The notes beneath the pieces were generated by a model. That model was not told where the DNA came from. It did no database searches and worked only from the letters and a program-made list of their open reading frames with translations. From a virus (taxonomy: Duplodnaviria; Caudoviricetes): a DNA stretch of 64,000 nt. Positions within the stretch are counted from its first letter, which is position 1, and every line of letters starts with the position of its first letter. The DNA lies in IMG/VR virus record IMGVR_UViG_3300044846_003474, positions 32,001 to 96,000 of that record. One strand, 5' to 3'. The translations under genes were made by a program, and so were the position numbers. Below are positions 36,315-45,571 of the stretch, piece after piece.

Positions 36315-37205
36315 TTAATATAATGCGATTTCGCCAGGTATTTCATTTTTACACAACGTCCAAACTTCTCTTTCGTCAATAGATGTATTACCAGTTTTTT
36401 CTTTTAATGATGATTCAGTGTTAGGACCAAATTTACCTGTTTGTTTAATACCTAAACAACCTTGTAGTTGCCACACCACATTATTATCTACGTCTTTACA
36501 ACCAAGTTTATAAGTACCTGAACAACTTTTATATTCAATAGTGTCACCATCTGAAGTTTTTGTTCCTTCTTCATCACCCTTATTACCACCATCACCCTCA
36601 TTACCACCACCACCTTCTGTAGACCCATCATCATTAGCCTTTTCAGTTGCTTTAATTGCATTTGTTAAGGGTTGTCTAATATATGTGTCCCATTTTGTTG
36701 TGGAAAATTTAGAAAAATCACCCACAAACCCGTCATATAAATCTTCACCATATATTGACTCATATTCTGAGGCAACTTTACAATAATCAGGTATTGATTT
36801 AATTTTTAATAATGAACTTTTAATCCCTTCATTATCTGTATCACCAAAAATAAGTAATGTTTTTCTTCTAAGAGCATCCCCAAGTTCTTTTGCAATTTTT
36901 TCATGTTCGCCATTAGGTTGAACTGGGTTACCCAATTTAGACGTATCACAAGAATTATGTAATAATTTAACTGATTGTTGAGCGTCTCCACCTTCCCATT
37001 TGTAAGCCTGAACACCACCAGCAATAACTGCCGCTCCTACCACAACCAATCCAGCCTTTTTTAAAAGACTCATTGGTTTTTTATCGTCTTCTTCAATTTC
37101 ACTTTCGTTAATTAAATTAAGGTATTGTCTACCTGTAGATTTTTGGTGCATTTCCAAGATTCGATTCTTTTCTTCTCCTGAACTATCAAATGATATTTTT
37201 TTCAT
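36315..37205 (-). CDS. leader + TM + annexin-like repeat + peptidoglycan-binding domain protein
   Basis: EEKNRILEMH leader; A..L..A....GDTD.EGI...L......Y...YGEDL; LQGCLGI.QTGKFGPNTE. Confidence 0.6.
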   Translation of the reverse strand: MKKISFDSSGEEKNRILEMHQKSTGRQYLNLINESEIEEDDKKPMSLLKKAGLVVVGAAVIAGGVQAYKWEGGDAQQSVKLLHNSCDTSKLGNPVQPNGEHEKIAKELGDALRRKTLLIFGDTDNEGIKSSLLKIKSIPDYCKVASEYESIYGEDLYDGFVGDFSKFSTTKWDTYIRQPLTNAIKATEKANDDGSTEGGGGNEGDGGNKGDEEGTKTSDGDTIEYKSCSGTYKLGCKDVDNNVVWQLQGCLGIKQTGKFGPNTESSLKEKTGNTSIDEREVWTLCKNEIPGEIALY

Positions 37206-37217
37206 ATTTTTTTACTT

Positions 37218-37448
37218 TTAAATTAAGGTATTACCTTTACCTCTTGTTATTTTATATAATGATGACCAAGTAACTTTAGCGTCAAGAGTATTCGCAACAC
37301 TTCTTGATAACCCTGTTTCCCATTTTGTTACGGTTGGGTATGTTGATCCACCACCCGCAGGTGCCGCATCTTGTTCTCCTAATTCACCATTCCTATCACT
37401 ATAAGTAAATTTTTTCATTAACATTATAAGATCATCAAGACGTTCCAA
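37218..37448 (-). CDS. small hypothetical protein
   Basis: TTG start after the TATTTAT motif; LGEQ site; KWETG and TRGKGN motifs. Confidence 0.6.
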   Translation of the reverse strand: MERLDDLIMLMKKFTYSDRNGELGEQDAAPAGGGSTYPTVTKWETGLSRSVANTLDAKVTWSSLYKITRGKGNTLI

Positions 37449-37554
37449 AGTAATAAGTTTTATAATAAATATTCAAATAAGCAAAAAAAGTAAAATATAA
37501 TCATTAATGTTATCGTACTTTAAAAAATATTTGTATATTTGTAAAAAAAGATAT

Positions 37555-38052
37555 ATGAAAAGATTAGTTTTTATTTTAGCGATTATACCATTTATTACTT
37601 CTTGTTTGAAGTATTCTGAACCTAAATCTTTAAGTTTGAGTGGTGAGTATGTGATTGATAAAATCACTTACCAAGAAACTGATGGTGAACCATCTCCACA
37701 AGATAGTACTTACTTGACAGGATCAGTATATAACGATAATACAGAAATACCCGTATTAAGTACAATTATTGTTGGTGAGACTAAATTACATATGGATTAT
37801 AGTATGATTCGTTTTGACCCTGTTCAAAATCAATTTGGGGGTACTAATTGGCAAACAGAGTATTACTATTTTGTACAAGGACAACGTACCGCATATGATT
37901 TGGGTAATATTGTGTTTGATTGTGAGAGCACAAGACGTATTTGGAAGATCCTTGATGACTCTAACGAATCATTAACTGTAAGAACATCAGGTCAGTGGGT
38001 TAATGGTACCAGAAAATCAGTGGTATATTCATTAACAAGAATAGGTCCTTAA
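37555..38052 (+). CDS. lipoprotein (lipocalin-like)
   Basis: MKRLVFILAIIPFITSC signal II peptide; LSGEY..; TATATTTG upstream. Confidence 0.7.
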   Translation: MKRLVFILAIIPFITSCLKYSEPKSLSLSGEYVIDKITYQETDGEPSPQDSTYLTGSVYNDNTEIPVLSTIIVGETKLHMDYSMIRFDPVQNQFGGTNWQTEYYYFVQGQRTAYDLGNIVFDCESTRRIWKILDDSNESLTVRTSGQWVNGTRKSVVYSLTRIGP

Positions 38053-38068
38053 TGGGACCTATTTTCTT

Positions 38069-38368
38069 TTATAATATTTCTGTTTTTGGTAATTTAGTTG
38101 GATTTACAATATAATACTCATTTAAGAAATTTATTAATAAATCTTCATCCATATCAATAAAATCGTCAAAATCTTCTTCTTCTTCATCATCAAATTGGAA
38201 GAAATCATTATTATCATTTATTAGTTTATATCCGAATTCCTCGGCTTCTTCTAAATTAATAATATCATTTCTGACTTCATCTTCAGAATCAAGTGTTAAT
38301 CTAAACGTCACCTCAATTCTTTTTGTGTCTTCATAAACATAATATGACACCAATTCCCTAATTTCCAT
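38069..38368 (-). CDS. acidic hypothetical protein
   Basis: 99 aa; start overlaps the upstream stop. Confidence 0.65.
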   Translation of the reverse strand: MEIRELVSYYVYEDTKRIEVTFRLTLDSEDEVRNDIINLEEAEEFGYKLINDNNDFFQFDDEEEEDFDDFIDMDEDLLINFLNEYYIVNPTKLPKTEIL

Positions 38369-38988
38369 TAGTTATATTTTTTAAATCTCCTAAACATATC
38401 TAAAGATTCGTTTAACTTATTCAAGAAACCATCTTTTTCTTCTTCATCAACCTCATCAAAATTGTCATTATAAATATCATTAACAATACCTTCTTCTTCA
38501 TCAGACCATTCAGGTTTAAGATCTAAGATTGTATCATCAACCTCATCTAATTCAATATCAAAAGATTCTTCATCATCAAAATCAAAGTTTTTATCACCAT
38601 CATATGGGTTATACATACTTAAATCTCTATGATCGTATTCATCTTCATCATCATCGTTAGTCATACCTAATGATATATAACTATCATCTTCATCATTGTC
38701 AATACTTGAGAAATCAACGGTACCATTTCTTAGATCGTCATCCCCATCTCCAATCATATCCAATCTACCATCTATAGATTCATTGATTCCCACATTTGTA
38801 TAAGGTTTAACCTCACCTTTGTTGTTCACCGTGATCCCACCTTTATCATTTGCGAAATCCTGAACATATAAAGGTTGTTTGTTTTCACCTTGTGCATATT
38901 CTGTGACATACCCATCATAAATTGTTTTATGTTGGTCAAGGATATTAGTTCTTTCCTCATTTGTCATCTTAAAAAAATATTGTGCCAT
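38368..38988 (-). CDS. leader-bearing acidic hypothetical protein
   Basis: MTNEERTNILDQH leader; C-term LNESLDMFRRF. Confidence 0.65.
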   Translation of the reverse strand: MAQYFFKMTNEERTNILDQHKTIYDGYVTEYAQGENKQPLYVQDFANDKGGITVNNKGEVKPYTNVGINESIDGRLDMIGDGDDDLRNGTVDFSSIDNDEDDSYISLGMTNDDDEDEYDHRDLSMYNPYDGDKNFDFDDEESFDIELDEVDDTILDLKPEWSDEEEGIVNDIYNDNFDEVDEEEKDGFLNKLNESLDMFRRFKKYN

Positions 38989-39016
38989 AATTTTGTTTTT
39001 ATTATAAATAGTTTAA

Positions 39017-39697
39017 TTATCTCAATCTTGCCGAATTACCCTTTAATTGCATCCAAAGAGTTAAAAGATCTTGAGAGTCTCTTCTCATTTTAGTTTCCAC
39101 ACTACCTAAATATCTACGATCAAGTTCGTCTTCGTCATCATTATCATTACCTTGATTTATATTATCAATAGAACTAAATGCCCCTCGTATCATTTCATCT
39201 CTAACCTCTTCTGCCATATCTAAGACTTCATCAAATGCTTCCTGAGTATCATCACTAAATTCATTATATTTGTGTTCGTGTTCAATTCTTTCTTTACCTA
39301 AATAAAGATACTGGCCCGCTTGGAACATATTAGTAACACTTGAGAGTCTTAAAGCGTCAAGGAATTTTTTAATCAATCGTATGTCGTAATACTCAGATAA
39401 ATCATTAAACTTTTCAGATGCTTTTTTTGATTCTTTTATTAGACCTTTTTTAGTCATAAAAAAACTTTCTTCTATTGTGTCATCTTGGACAACTCTCATC
39501 CATTTATCAACACCTTCAATTAAAGCCAATTTAGAACCATTGTCCCATTCAACATAATATTGCATATCTCCCATTACATTTGCAACAGATTTAACAACCC
39601 CCGGTACTCCACCAGGAACACCATATTCATCTTGCATTTTAATACAGACAACCGTGTCTCCTTTTTCTAATGGTGCGTTTTTTACGTATTTTTCCAT
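39017..39697 (-). CDS. DUF4314-like domain protein
   Basis: GD.V..I.M.D....P.G..G.V..V....Q..V.WDNGS.LAL. Confidence 0.6.
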   Translation of the reverse strand: MEKYVKNAPLEKGDTVVCIKMQDEYGVPGGVPGVVKSVANVMGDMQYYVEWDNGSKLALIEGVDKWMRVVQDDTIEESFFMTKKGLIKESKKASEKFNDLSEYYDIRLIKKFLDALRLSSVTNMFQAGQYLYLGKERIEHEHKYNEFSDDTQEAFDEVLDMAEEVRDEMIRGAFSSIDNINQGNDNDDEDELDRRYLGSVETKMRRDSQDLLTLWMQLKGNSARLR

Positions 39698-39731
39698 AAT
39701 AATAAATATATCGTAATATTTATTATTCAGT

Positions 39732-40349
39732 ATGAAGATTGTAATAACTGAACATCAATATGAAAAATTATTATTAGAGAGTAGTAAATCTATAATCGGT
39801 GATGAAATTAAACGTTCTAAAGAGTTTATTAAGAAGATAGTTAGATCTGTAAAAGAAGATACTAAATTGGATTTTAGTTTCTTATTTACATGGGGGGCAG
39901 CAATTGGAGGATTCTCAAGACCTGTTTTTAATTATTTTGAAGGTAAGAACCCTGAACTGACTAATCAAGATTTGGCTTTATTGTCAATTGCTTGTGCGGT
40001 TACTTACTACACATCTAATAAAGAAAAATTAAGTAAATTATTAGGTATCATTAAAGAACGTGGTTTAGTTACTTCTTTTAACGAAATGTTAGAAAAAACA
40101 GATGAATTAAAAAATACTTTCTTATCGTTTGTTGATAGTTTAAAAGTTACAGGTCATAAAATATCTAGTATGTTAGCATACACATTTATTATTCCTTTTT
40201 TATCAAAATTATTGGATATGAGTGGTGGAGCAACAAGTTCCGATATAACGGTCTTATCTAAAATAATATTAGGTTACTTGGCGGTTAAAATATCTTCTAC
40301 GACTTTAACAGAATTAATTACAAAGATTATTGAAAGGTTCAGATCTTAA
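39732..40349 (+). CDS. leader-bearing protein with hydrophobic helices
   Basis: MKIVITEHQYEKLLLE leader; TATTTAT at 39717-39723. Confidence 0.65.
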   Translation: MKIVITEHQYEKLLLESSKSIIGDEIKRSKEFIKKIVRSVKEDTKLDFSFLFTWGAAIGGFSRPVFNYFEGKNPELTNQDLALLSIACAVTYYTSNKEKLSKLLGIIKERGLVTSFNEMLEKTDELKNTFLSFVDSLKVTGHKISSMLAYTFIIPFLSKLLDMSGGATSSDITVLSKIILGYLAVKISSTTLTELITKIIERFRS

Positions 40350-40972
40350 AGTCCTTTTTCTTTTTTAAAATCCATAATTTTTTTAATCACATATTTTACA
40401 TCTTTATCATCCATTTGATGTAAATTATGGTGAGTATTAAACCATCTTTTTACAACAACATCAAATGGAGTTTTAGTTAATTTAGATATTCTTTTAAATC
40501 CAAATATTTGAGCGTCTAACTCATGTGGTTTTGTGTAATATTTTCTTTCTGTTTTTAGTAATTTACTAACTTTTGTATTATATGACCCTGTTGTATCTTG
40601 ATCAATGTGCCTAATTTCGTGTGCGATAATTTCATTTAATTCACCAATTAAATCATATAATAATCTTTTTTTATTTTCAGAATTATATTCTATTTTAAGT
40701 TCTATAACATCATCTTTTGAAATCCAATCCGCATCAACCTCAAAAGTATCAATTTCATCATTAATAGTAATTTTTAATTCAATTGTTAAAAGTGCATCAA
40801 TTTTATCAAAATCATAAAAGTGTTCATCAGTTATCTCTTCAGGTAAATAAAAATCACCCTCATCGTTTTTTTTAAAGATTGAAATAATGTCTCTAACGAT
40901 TTTTCTAATTTCTTCTCTCTTGTTATTATTCTCATTTAATAACGACTTTATTTTTAAATCTAAAAAACTCAT
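40346..40972 (-). CDS. HExxH zinc metallopeptidase-like protein
   Basis: IAHEIRHIDQ...YY..PHELDA. Confidence 0.65.
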   Translation of the reverse strand: MSFLDLKIKSLLNENNNKREEIRKIVRDIISIFKKNDEGDFYLPEEITDEHFYDFDKIDALLTIELKITINDEIDTFEVDADWISKDDVIELKIEYNSENKKRLLYDLIGELNEIIAHEIRHIDQDTTGSYNTKVSKLLKTERKYYTKPHELDAQIFGFKRISKLTKTPFDVVVKRWFNTHHNLHQMDDKDVKYVIKKIMDFKKEKGL

Positions 40973-41071
40973 ATCAATAAATATTATATAATGTTGATTA
41001 TACTAATCAATTTAAGTGTCTTTTACAAAAAAGTATATGGAATTATTATATACTTGTTTTTGTGGTGAAAA

Positions 41072-41686
41072 TTAAAACCTTTTTGGTGGTAACGGGGGAT
41101 CAAGTAAGAATTTATCGTTAAGCCAATGTCTTAATTCATTTTCAACAAAGTATTCAGGTACTTCTTGATCGTCAGGCATTTCTGAAGCTAATTCAGCAAC
41201 GTATCTTGCAAATTTAACTTTAACTTTATCGTCCATTAATGTTAATAGACCATCTGAGATAAAGAATATTTGTGTTAATGGATCTGTAACCCCTAATTCC
41301 CCTTCAGCTAAATCAAAAGATCTCATAATAGTCTTACCCCACCAAGTTCTATAGCTTGTAGTTTCTTCTAAAGTTGGTCTTAATATTTTATTTGCAGCTC
41401 TAATAATTGATCCTGTAAAACCAGCGATAGATAATTGAGGTAAAAACCAAGGCAATAATCTTAACACTGCCTTATAACCCCCTTCTCCAATATGTTTATA
41501 TAATCGTTTCTTAGTTGCAGATTCAACTAATAATCTTAATTGACCAAACGTTATTTTACCTTGAGCACTACAAAACTTTTCAGCATCACAAATATTCTTA
41601 ACTGCCGACTCAGAAGGTTTGATTTCAGTTTCGTTAATATATTGTATAAGATTTTTCCTTACGATTCTTTCAATTATCACTGACAT
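41072..41686 (-). CDS. leader-bearing hypothetical protein
   Basis: Likely start MSVIIERIVRKNLIQYINE. Confidence 0.65.
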   Translation of the reverse strand: MSVIIERIVRKNLIQYINETEIKPSESAVKNICDAEKFCSAQGKITFGQLRLLVESATKKRLYKHIGEGGYKAVLRLLPWFLPQLSIAGFTGSIIRAANKILRPTLEETTSYRTWWGKTIMRSFDLAEGELGVTDPLTQIFFISDGLLTLMDDKVKVKFARYVAELASEMPDDQEVPEYFVENELRHWLNDKFLLDPPLPPKRF

Positions 41687-41690
41687 ATCA

Positions 41691-42101
41691 TTACCAAGTT
41701 CTACACGCCCAATATCTTGGTTTCCATCTTGGGCCGGGATTATCACAATTGTGTCTTGCTCTAAATGATCTTCTTCTTTCAGGATTATTCTTCTTAATCC
41801 TCATTATTTTACCTTTGGCTGATTTTCCACCAAAACCAAAGTTTACCTTAACAACCTTACCTTTATCATTTTTAACATATACTTTGGACTTTTTAATGTC
41901 ACCTTGCATTATCTTACCCAACTGAACTTTTCTTCCCTGATATTCCGCTTCGGTTATTAAATCGCCAATAATAAAGTTGGTTTCTTCTACTGAACCATAT
42001 TCATCTTCATATAAAAAATTTGATTCATTAGTTTCTTTTAATATACTTAAAACAATTCTTTGTATGTCTGACTCGGTTAAAACAACAATATTTTTTGACA
42101 T
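41691..42101 (-). CDS. leader plus basic C-terminal domain (DUF5754-like)
   Basis: VVLTESDIQRIV..ILKE; ITE|AEYQG..KKSKVYV..VNFG..RR.SFRARH.C..RYW.C..W. Confidence 0.65.
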   Translation of the reverse strand: MSKNIVVLTESDIQRIVLSILKETNESNFLYEDEYGSVEETNFIIGDLITEAEYQGRKVQLGKIMQGDIKKSKVYVKNDKGKVVKVNFGFGGKSAKGKIMRIKKNNPERRRSFRARHNCDNPGPRWKPRYWACRTW

Positions 42102-42181
42102 TAGTATAAATTTATATATTTATTTATATAAATACCTGTAAACTTTACAATTGAAATATATTTATAGAAAAACTTTTCACT

Positions 42182-42709
42182 ATGAAAAAAATTAATTTAA
42201 ACGAGAATACCATTAAAAGGTTAATAAGAAGTATTCTATTGGAGAACGACTCTGAAATAAAAGATAAGAAAAAAGCTAGACCCACTTGTTTACCTGAAAA
42301 CACAATTTCATTAGATGAGATGGTTGGTCAGTCAGATGAATTTACCAGATACTCACCTGGAGTAAGTAAAAGAAGAAATGGGGTTAATTCAATGGTAGAT
42401 ACTTTAGGTATATTAAATAACATTAGATTATTTAAAGATGTAAAAGATGGTGGTAGTCATTTAGCATATGAAATGATGAATAATTTGAATAAATTCAGAA
42501 ATAAAAACTATTTTGATGAAACAAATCAAAAATGTAATAAAGCAATGGATAAAGTAATTGAGTTATATAAAGAAAATGAACACGGAACAGAATTAGTTAA
42601 GGACATTGAACGAGTTTTAAACCTCCAAACAAGGGACGATGAGTATACACCATCACCAAGAACTAAAGAATACCTTAAACAATGTATTAACTTAGCTAAA
42701 GGAGAGTAA
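42182..42709 (+). CDS. leader-bearing hypothetical protein
   Basis: MKKINLNENTIKRLIRSILLE. Confidence 0.65.
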   Translation: MKKINLNENTIKRLIRSILLENDSEIKDKKKARPTCLPENTISLDEMVGQSDEFTRYSPGVSKRRNGVNSMVDTLGILNNIRLFKDVKDGGSHLAYEMMNNLNKFRNKNYFDETNQKCNKAMDKVIELYKENEHGTELVKDIERVLNLQTRDDEYTPSPRTKEYLKQCINLAKGE

Positions 42710-42746
42710 GATTTTGCTTAGGATCGTTACCGTTAAGGTAACAAAC

Positions 42747-42777
42747 TAAAGGGACAATTCGCTACTGTCCCTTTTTT
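42747..42777 (+). terminator. intrinsic terminator
   Basis: AAAGGGACA-attcgctac-TGTCCCTTT followed by T tract. Confidence 0.7.
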
Positions 42778-42800
42778 ATTGCATTAAGATATTTATAAGT

Positions 42801-43118
42801 ATGAAAAACAAAAAATATTTCTTTGGATGGACAAATATTAAGAGATTTATCATGGAGATCCTTAAATTATACTCAACCACACCTTCTTTTTTTGCCAAAA
42901 AACGTGTTGAATCAGGTATTGCGTTCATTATTGCTGAATGGGGTATGGTTTTTTTCCTATTAAAGAAGTATCCTGACCTCACAATGACCGATATTATAAT
43001 GTGGGCATCAATACAATTCACTATTTCAGGTTATATTCTTCACCAAATACAAAAAGAGAAGAAAAATGGGGAGTCCAAAACGGTAAATGAAGAAGATCCA
43101 ACGGAAAATAAAGAATAA
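42801..43118 (+). CDS. 2-TM membrane protein (holin-like candidate)
   Basis: Two hydrophobic segments and a charged C-tail; TATTTAT upstream. Confidence 0.55.
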   Translation: MKNKKYFFGWTNIKRFIMEILKLYSTTPSFFAKKRVESGIAFIIAEWGMVFFLLKKYPDLTMTDIIMWASIQFTISGYILHQIQKEKKNGESKTVNEEDPTENKE

Positions 43119-43153
43119 ATTTGCCAATTTAAATAATTTTTGTATATTTGTAT

Positions 43154-43303
43154 ATGCCAGAAAAGAAAACCCCCATAGAAACTAAGAAATACGAAAGAAT
43201 TTACGAAACTGAAGACTCAATTAGTATTTGGAAATATGATACTAGTAAGTCAACCACAGGTCCTTATGAGGTTGAGATAAAACCTAAGAAGAAACAGTCA
43301 TAA
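43154..43303 (+). CDS. small hypothetical protein (49 aa, not in track), near-leaderless mRNA
   Basis: TTTG-N19-TATATTTG ends 3 nt before the ATG; MPEKKTPIETKKYERIYE..SIWKYD..GPYEVEIK. Confidence 0.6.
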   Translation: MPEKKTPIETKKYERIYETEDSISIWKYDTSKSTTGPYEVEIKPKKKQS

Positions 43304-43306
43304 AAT

Positions 43307-43732
43307 ATGAATATTTTACCTATTTTAAGTGAGATAATACACAAAAAAGTCCTATTAAACGACCTAAAAACGATGGATTTTAGTGAAAAAGACGCTGAAA
43401 ATGAGTTAGAATACCACATAAATAGGGTAAAAAACCTACCAGAAACGATAAAAGCGTACCGAATTGTGTCTGTAAATGATAAAAAAGACATAAATATGAC
43501 CAAAATTGGGTCACATTTTGCTCTAAATAGGTCAAATTTGGTCAAAAACCACTCATTTTCAACAGGATCGGGTGAAAAATACTACATAATTACCGCAAAT
43601 ATACCTAAAAAAGAGGTAAATCAACAAGAAACCATACATAATAACATACTTTATCCCCAAGAAAACGAGATCACGGTCAAAAATAAGGGTAAAAACGTAG
43701 AAATAATATATATTAAAGAAATAAAACCCTAA
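43307..43732 (+). CDS. hypothetical protein, possible ADP-ribosyltransferase-like fold
   Basis: YR...GSHF...YIITA...QENEI pattern. Confidence 0.45.
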   Translation: MNILPILSEIIHKKVLLNDLKTMDFSEKDAENELEYHINRVKNLPETIKAYRIVSVNDKKDINMTKIGSHFALNRSNLVKNHSFSTGSGEKYYIITANIPKKEVNQQETIHNNILYPQENEITVKNKGKNVEIIYIKEIKP

Positions 43733-43743
43733 TTAATAGGGTT

Positions 43744-43974
43744 TTATTGTTTTTTCTTAAAGAAATCTTGGATTATTTTCATTTGTTGAGTAATATCTCC
43801 CATATTACTCATATTACCCATATTTTTAGGGTTAAGCATGGTTTTATTCATATTAGTTAGGTTTTTGGCCATCTCAAAGAACGATTTACCAAATTTTTTC
43901 CACCAAATGTACAAACCAACACCAAAAACTATTAAAACTAGTGTAAAAACACATAAAACTACTGTAAAAAACAT
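43744..43974 (-). CDS. small membrane protein
   Basis: N-terminal TM; Met/Asn-rich tail. Confidence 0.55.
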   Translation of the reverse strand: MFFTVVLCVFTLVLIVFGVGLYIWWKKFGKSFFEMAKNLTNMNKTMLNPKNMGNMSNMGDITQQMKIIQDFFKKKQ

Positions 43975-44024
43975 ATTATTAAGATTTATACTTAATTTTA
44001 ATCTATTTTATGGTGTATGTCAAG

Positions 44025-44849
44025 TTATTTAAGTAAATTATAGTACTCTTTGAAGTGTTTAATACGATCAGGTAGTCCAATTGTGCCTCCATTCACTCTT
44101 TTTGTTACTGCAGTTACCGTTGCATCGTCAGATCCCTTGTCACAGATAGACCATAACTTGTTTGAGTCAAAAAAGAACGCCGCAGAAGCCAATGGATACT
44201 TAGTTGCAACCAAATCGGGGTTAGAAATACAATCTTCACCAATAAATTTGGTAAAATTTGTGTAATTTGACTTACCTGTCAACTGAATATACCCTCTACC
44301 TCTGAATTTGAACCCTTCTTTAGTGGTTTCATCCCCATTTCCCATTCTACTAGCGTAAACACGAGCTGCAATCTTTTCAGGTTGACGAGCATATGATTCA
44401 TTTAGGTTACCAGGGAAGTATTTTCCGAATATTTTCTTCAAACCATCCGCAGAATAGTTTAAATTCTCAGAAACCGCCTTAAAACCTCCTGATTCGTGAC
44501 CACATTGAGCCAAAAAGTGAGCCAAACGTAGATTATTTGTAATATTGAACTTTTTTGCAGTCTCAGGTATCTGTGCAATCACTGCATCAGGTATATGTCC
44601 CTTTAATTTTTCAATATTTAATGATCCACCTGAAGGAATTACCACATCTTCTTTGATAATTTTAGTAGATCCGAACATTTTTGACCATGTTCCATCACCA
44701 ACAATACCATCTGCGGTTAATCCATTGGTAGATTGCCATTGTTTTACTGCTTTTTCTGTTCCAGGTCCAAATGCACCGTCAGCAGTAAGTCCTAATTTTG
44801 TTTGGAGTGTTTTTACATCCTCTCCTTTAGATCCATTTTTTAATAACAT
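44025..44849 (-). CDS. endolysin: PG-binding domain plus GH19 lysozyme/chitinase
   Basis: LQ.KLGL.ADG.FGPGTE.AV..WQ; AHFLAQCGHESGGF..ENLNYS; FRGRGYIQLTG; VTKRVNGG..GL.DR. Confidence 0.9.
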   Translation of the reverse strand: MLLKNGSKGEDVKTLQTKLGLTADGAFGPGTEKAVKQWQSTNGLTADGIVGDGTWSKMFGSTKIIKEDVVIPSGGSLNIEKLKGHIPDAVIAQIPETAKKFNITNNLRLAHFLAQCGHESGGFKAVSENLNYSADGLKKIFGKYFPGNLNESYARQPEKIAARVYASRMGNGDETTKEGFKFRGRGYIQLTGKSNYTNFTKFIGEDCISNPDLVATKYPLASAAFFFDSNKLWSICDKGSDDATVTAVTKRVNGGTIGLPDRIKHFKEYYNLLK

Positions 44850-44954
44850 AATATATAATTTTATTATAAATATAAAATTAAATTGAAAGTAAACACTTTA
44901 ACAAAAAAAAATGAAATTTTTAAAGTAAAATGATACTTATTATATAAAAGAGTT

Positions 44955-45551
44955 ATGGGACACGATAAAGAACAGGTTGAGGCTGCCGTAAAAGCCAAAG
45001 GTTACGTTTGGTTTGAAGACGTAAACAACAAAGGATACGATGTTAACATCGTTGGTATTAGGAACTCGTCTACGGGTGATAAAGTTACAAATTTGTTTGA
45101 TGATTTATTAACTATTTCGTACAAAGAAAATGGTGAATGGAAATTTCATTCTTGGCCGGCAACTACAGATCCAGGAACAAAGGGGGTTAAACAATTTGGT
45201 AATAAATCTGGAGTTGCTAGACTTGTTGAAGGTCAATACAGAGGTTCTCACATTATTAGATTACATGGAGGAAAATACGAAGCTTTAGGACAAAACAAAC
45301 CAGTTAAAGTTTATAGAGATGCAAACCGTGATATGGTATATGACGAAAAACTAATTCAAGAAGGTGTTTTTGGAATAAATATTCACAAAGCAGGTGCCGA
45401 TTCTACATATGTGGAAAATTGGTCTGAAGGATGTCAAGTATTTAAAAAATCTGCCGACTTTGAGGAATTTATGAAAATTTGTAGAAAGTCAAAAGATATT
45501 CACGGTAATTCTTTCACTTATACATTAATAGAATCTTCGGATATAAAATAA
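44955..45551 (+). CDS. YkuD/L,D-transpeptidase-like cell-wall enzyme candidate
   Basis: GINIHKAG....VENWSEGCQV fits the H...SxGC catalytic pattern. Confidence 0.55.
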   Translation: MGHDKEQVEAAVKAKGYVWFEDVNNKGYDVNIVGIRNSSTGDKVTNLFDDLLTISYKENGEWKFHSWPATTDPGTKGVKQFGNKSGVARLVEGQYRGSHIIRLHGGKYEALGQNKPVKVYRDANRDMVYDEKLIQEGVFGINIHKAGADSTYVENWSEGCQVFKKSADFEEFMKICRKSKDIHGNSFTYTLIESSDIK

Positions 45552-45571
45552 CTAAACAAAAACAACACATA

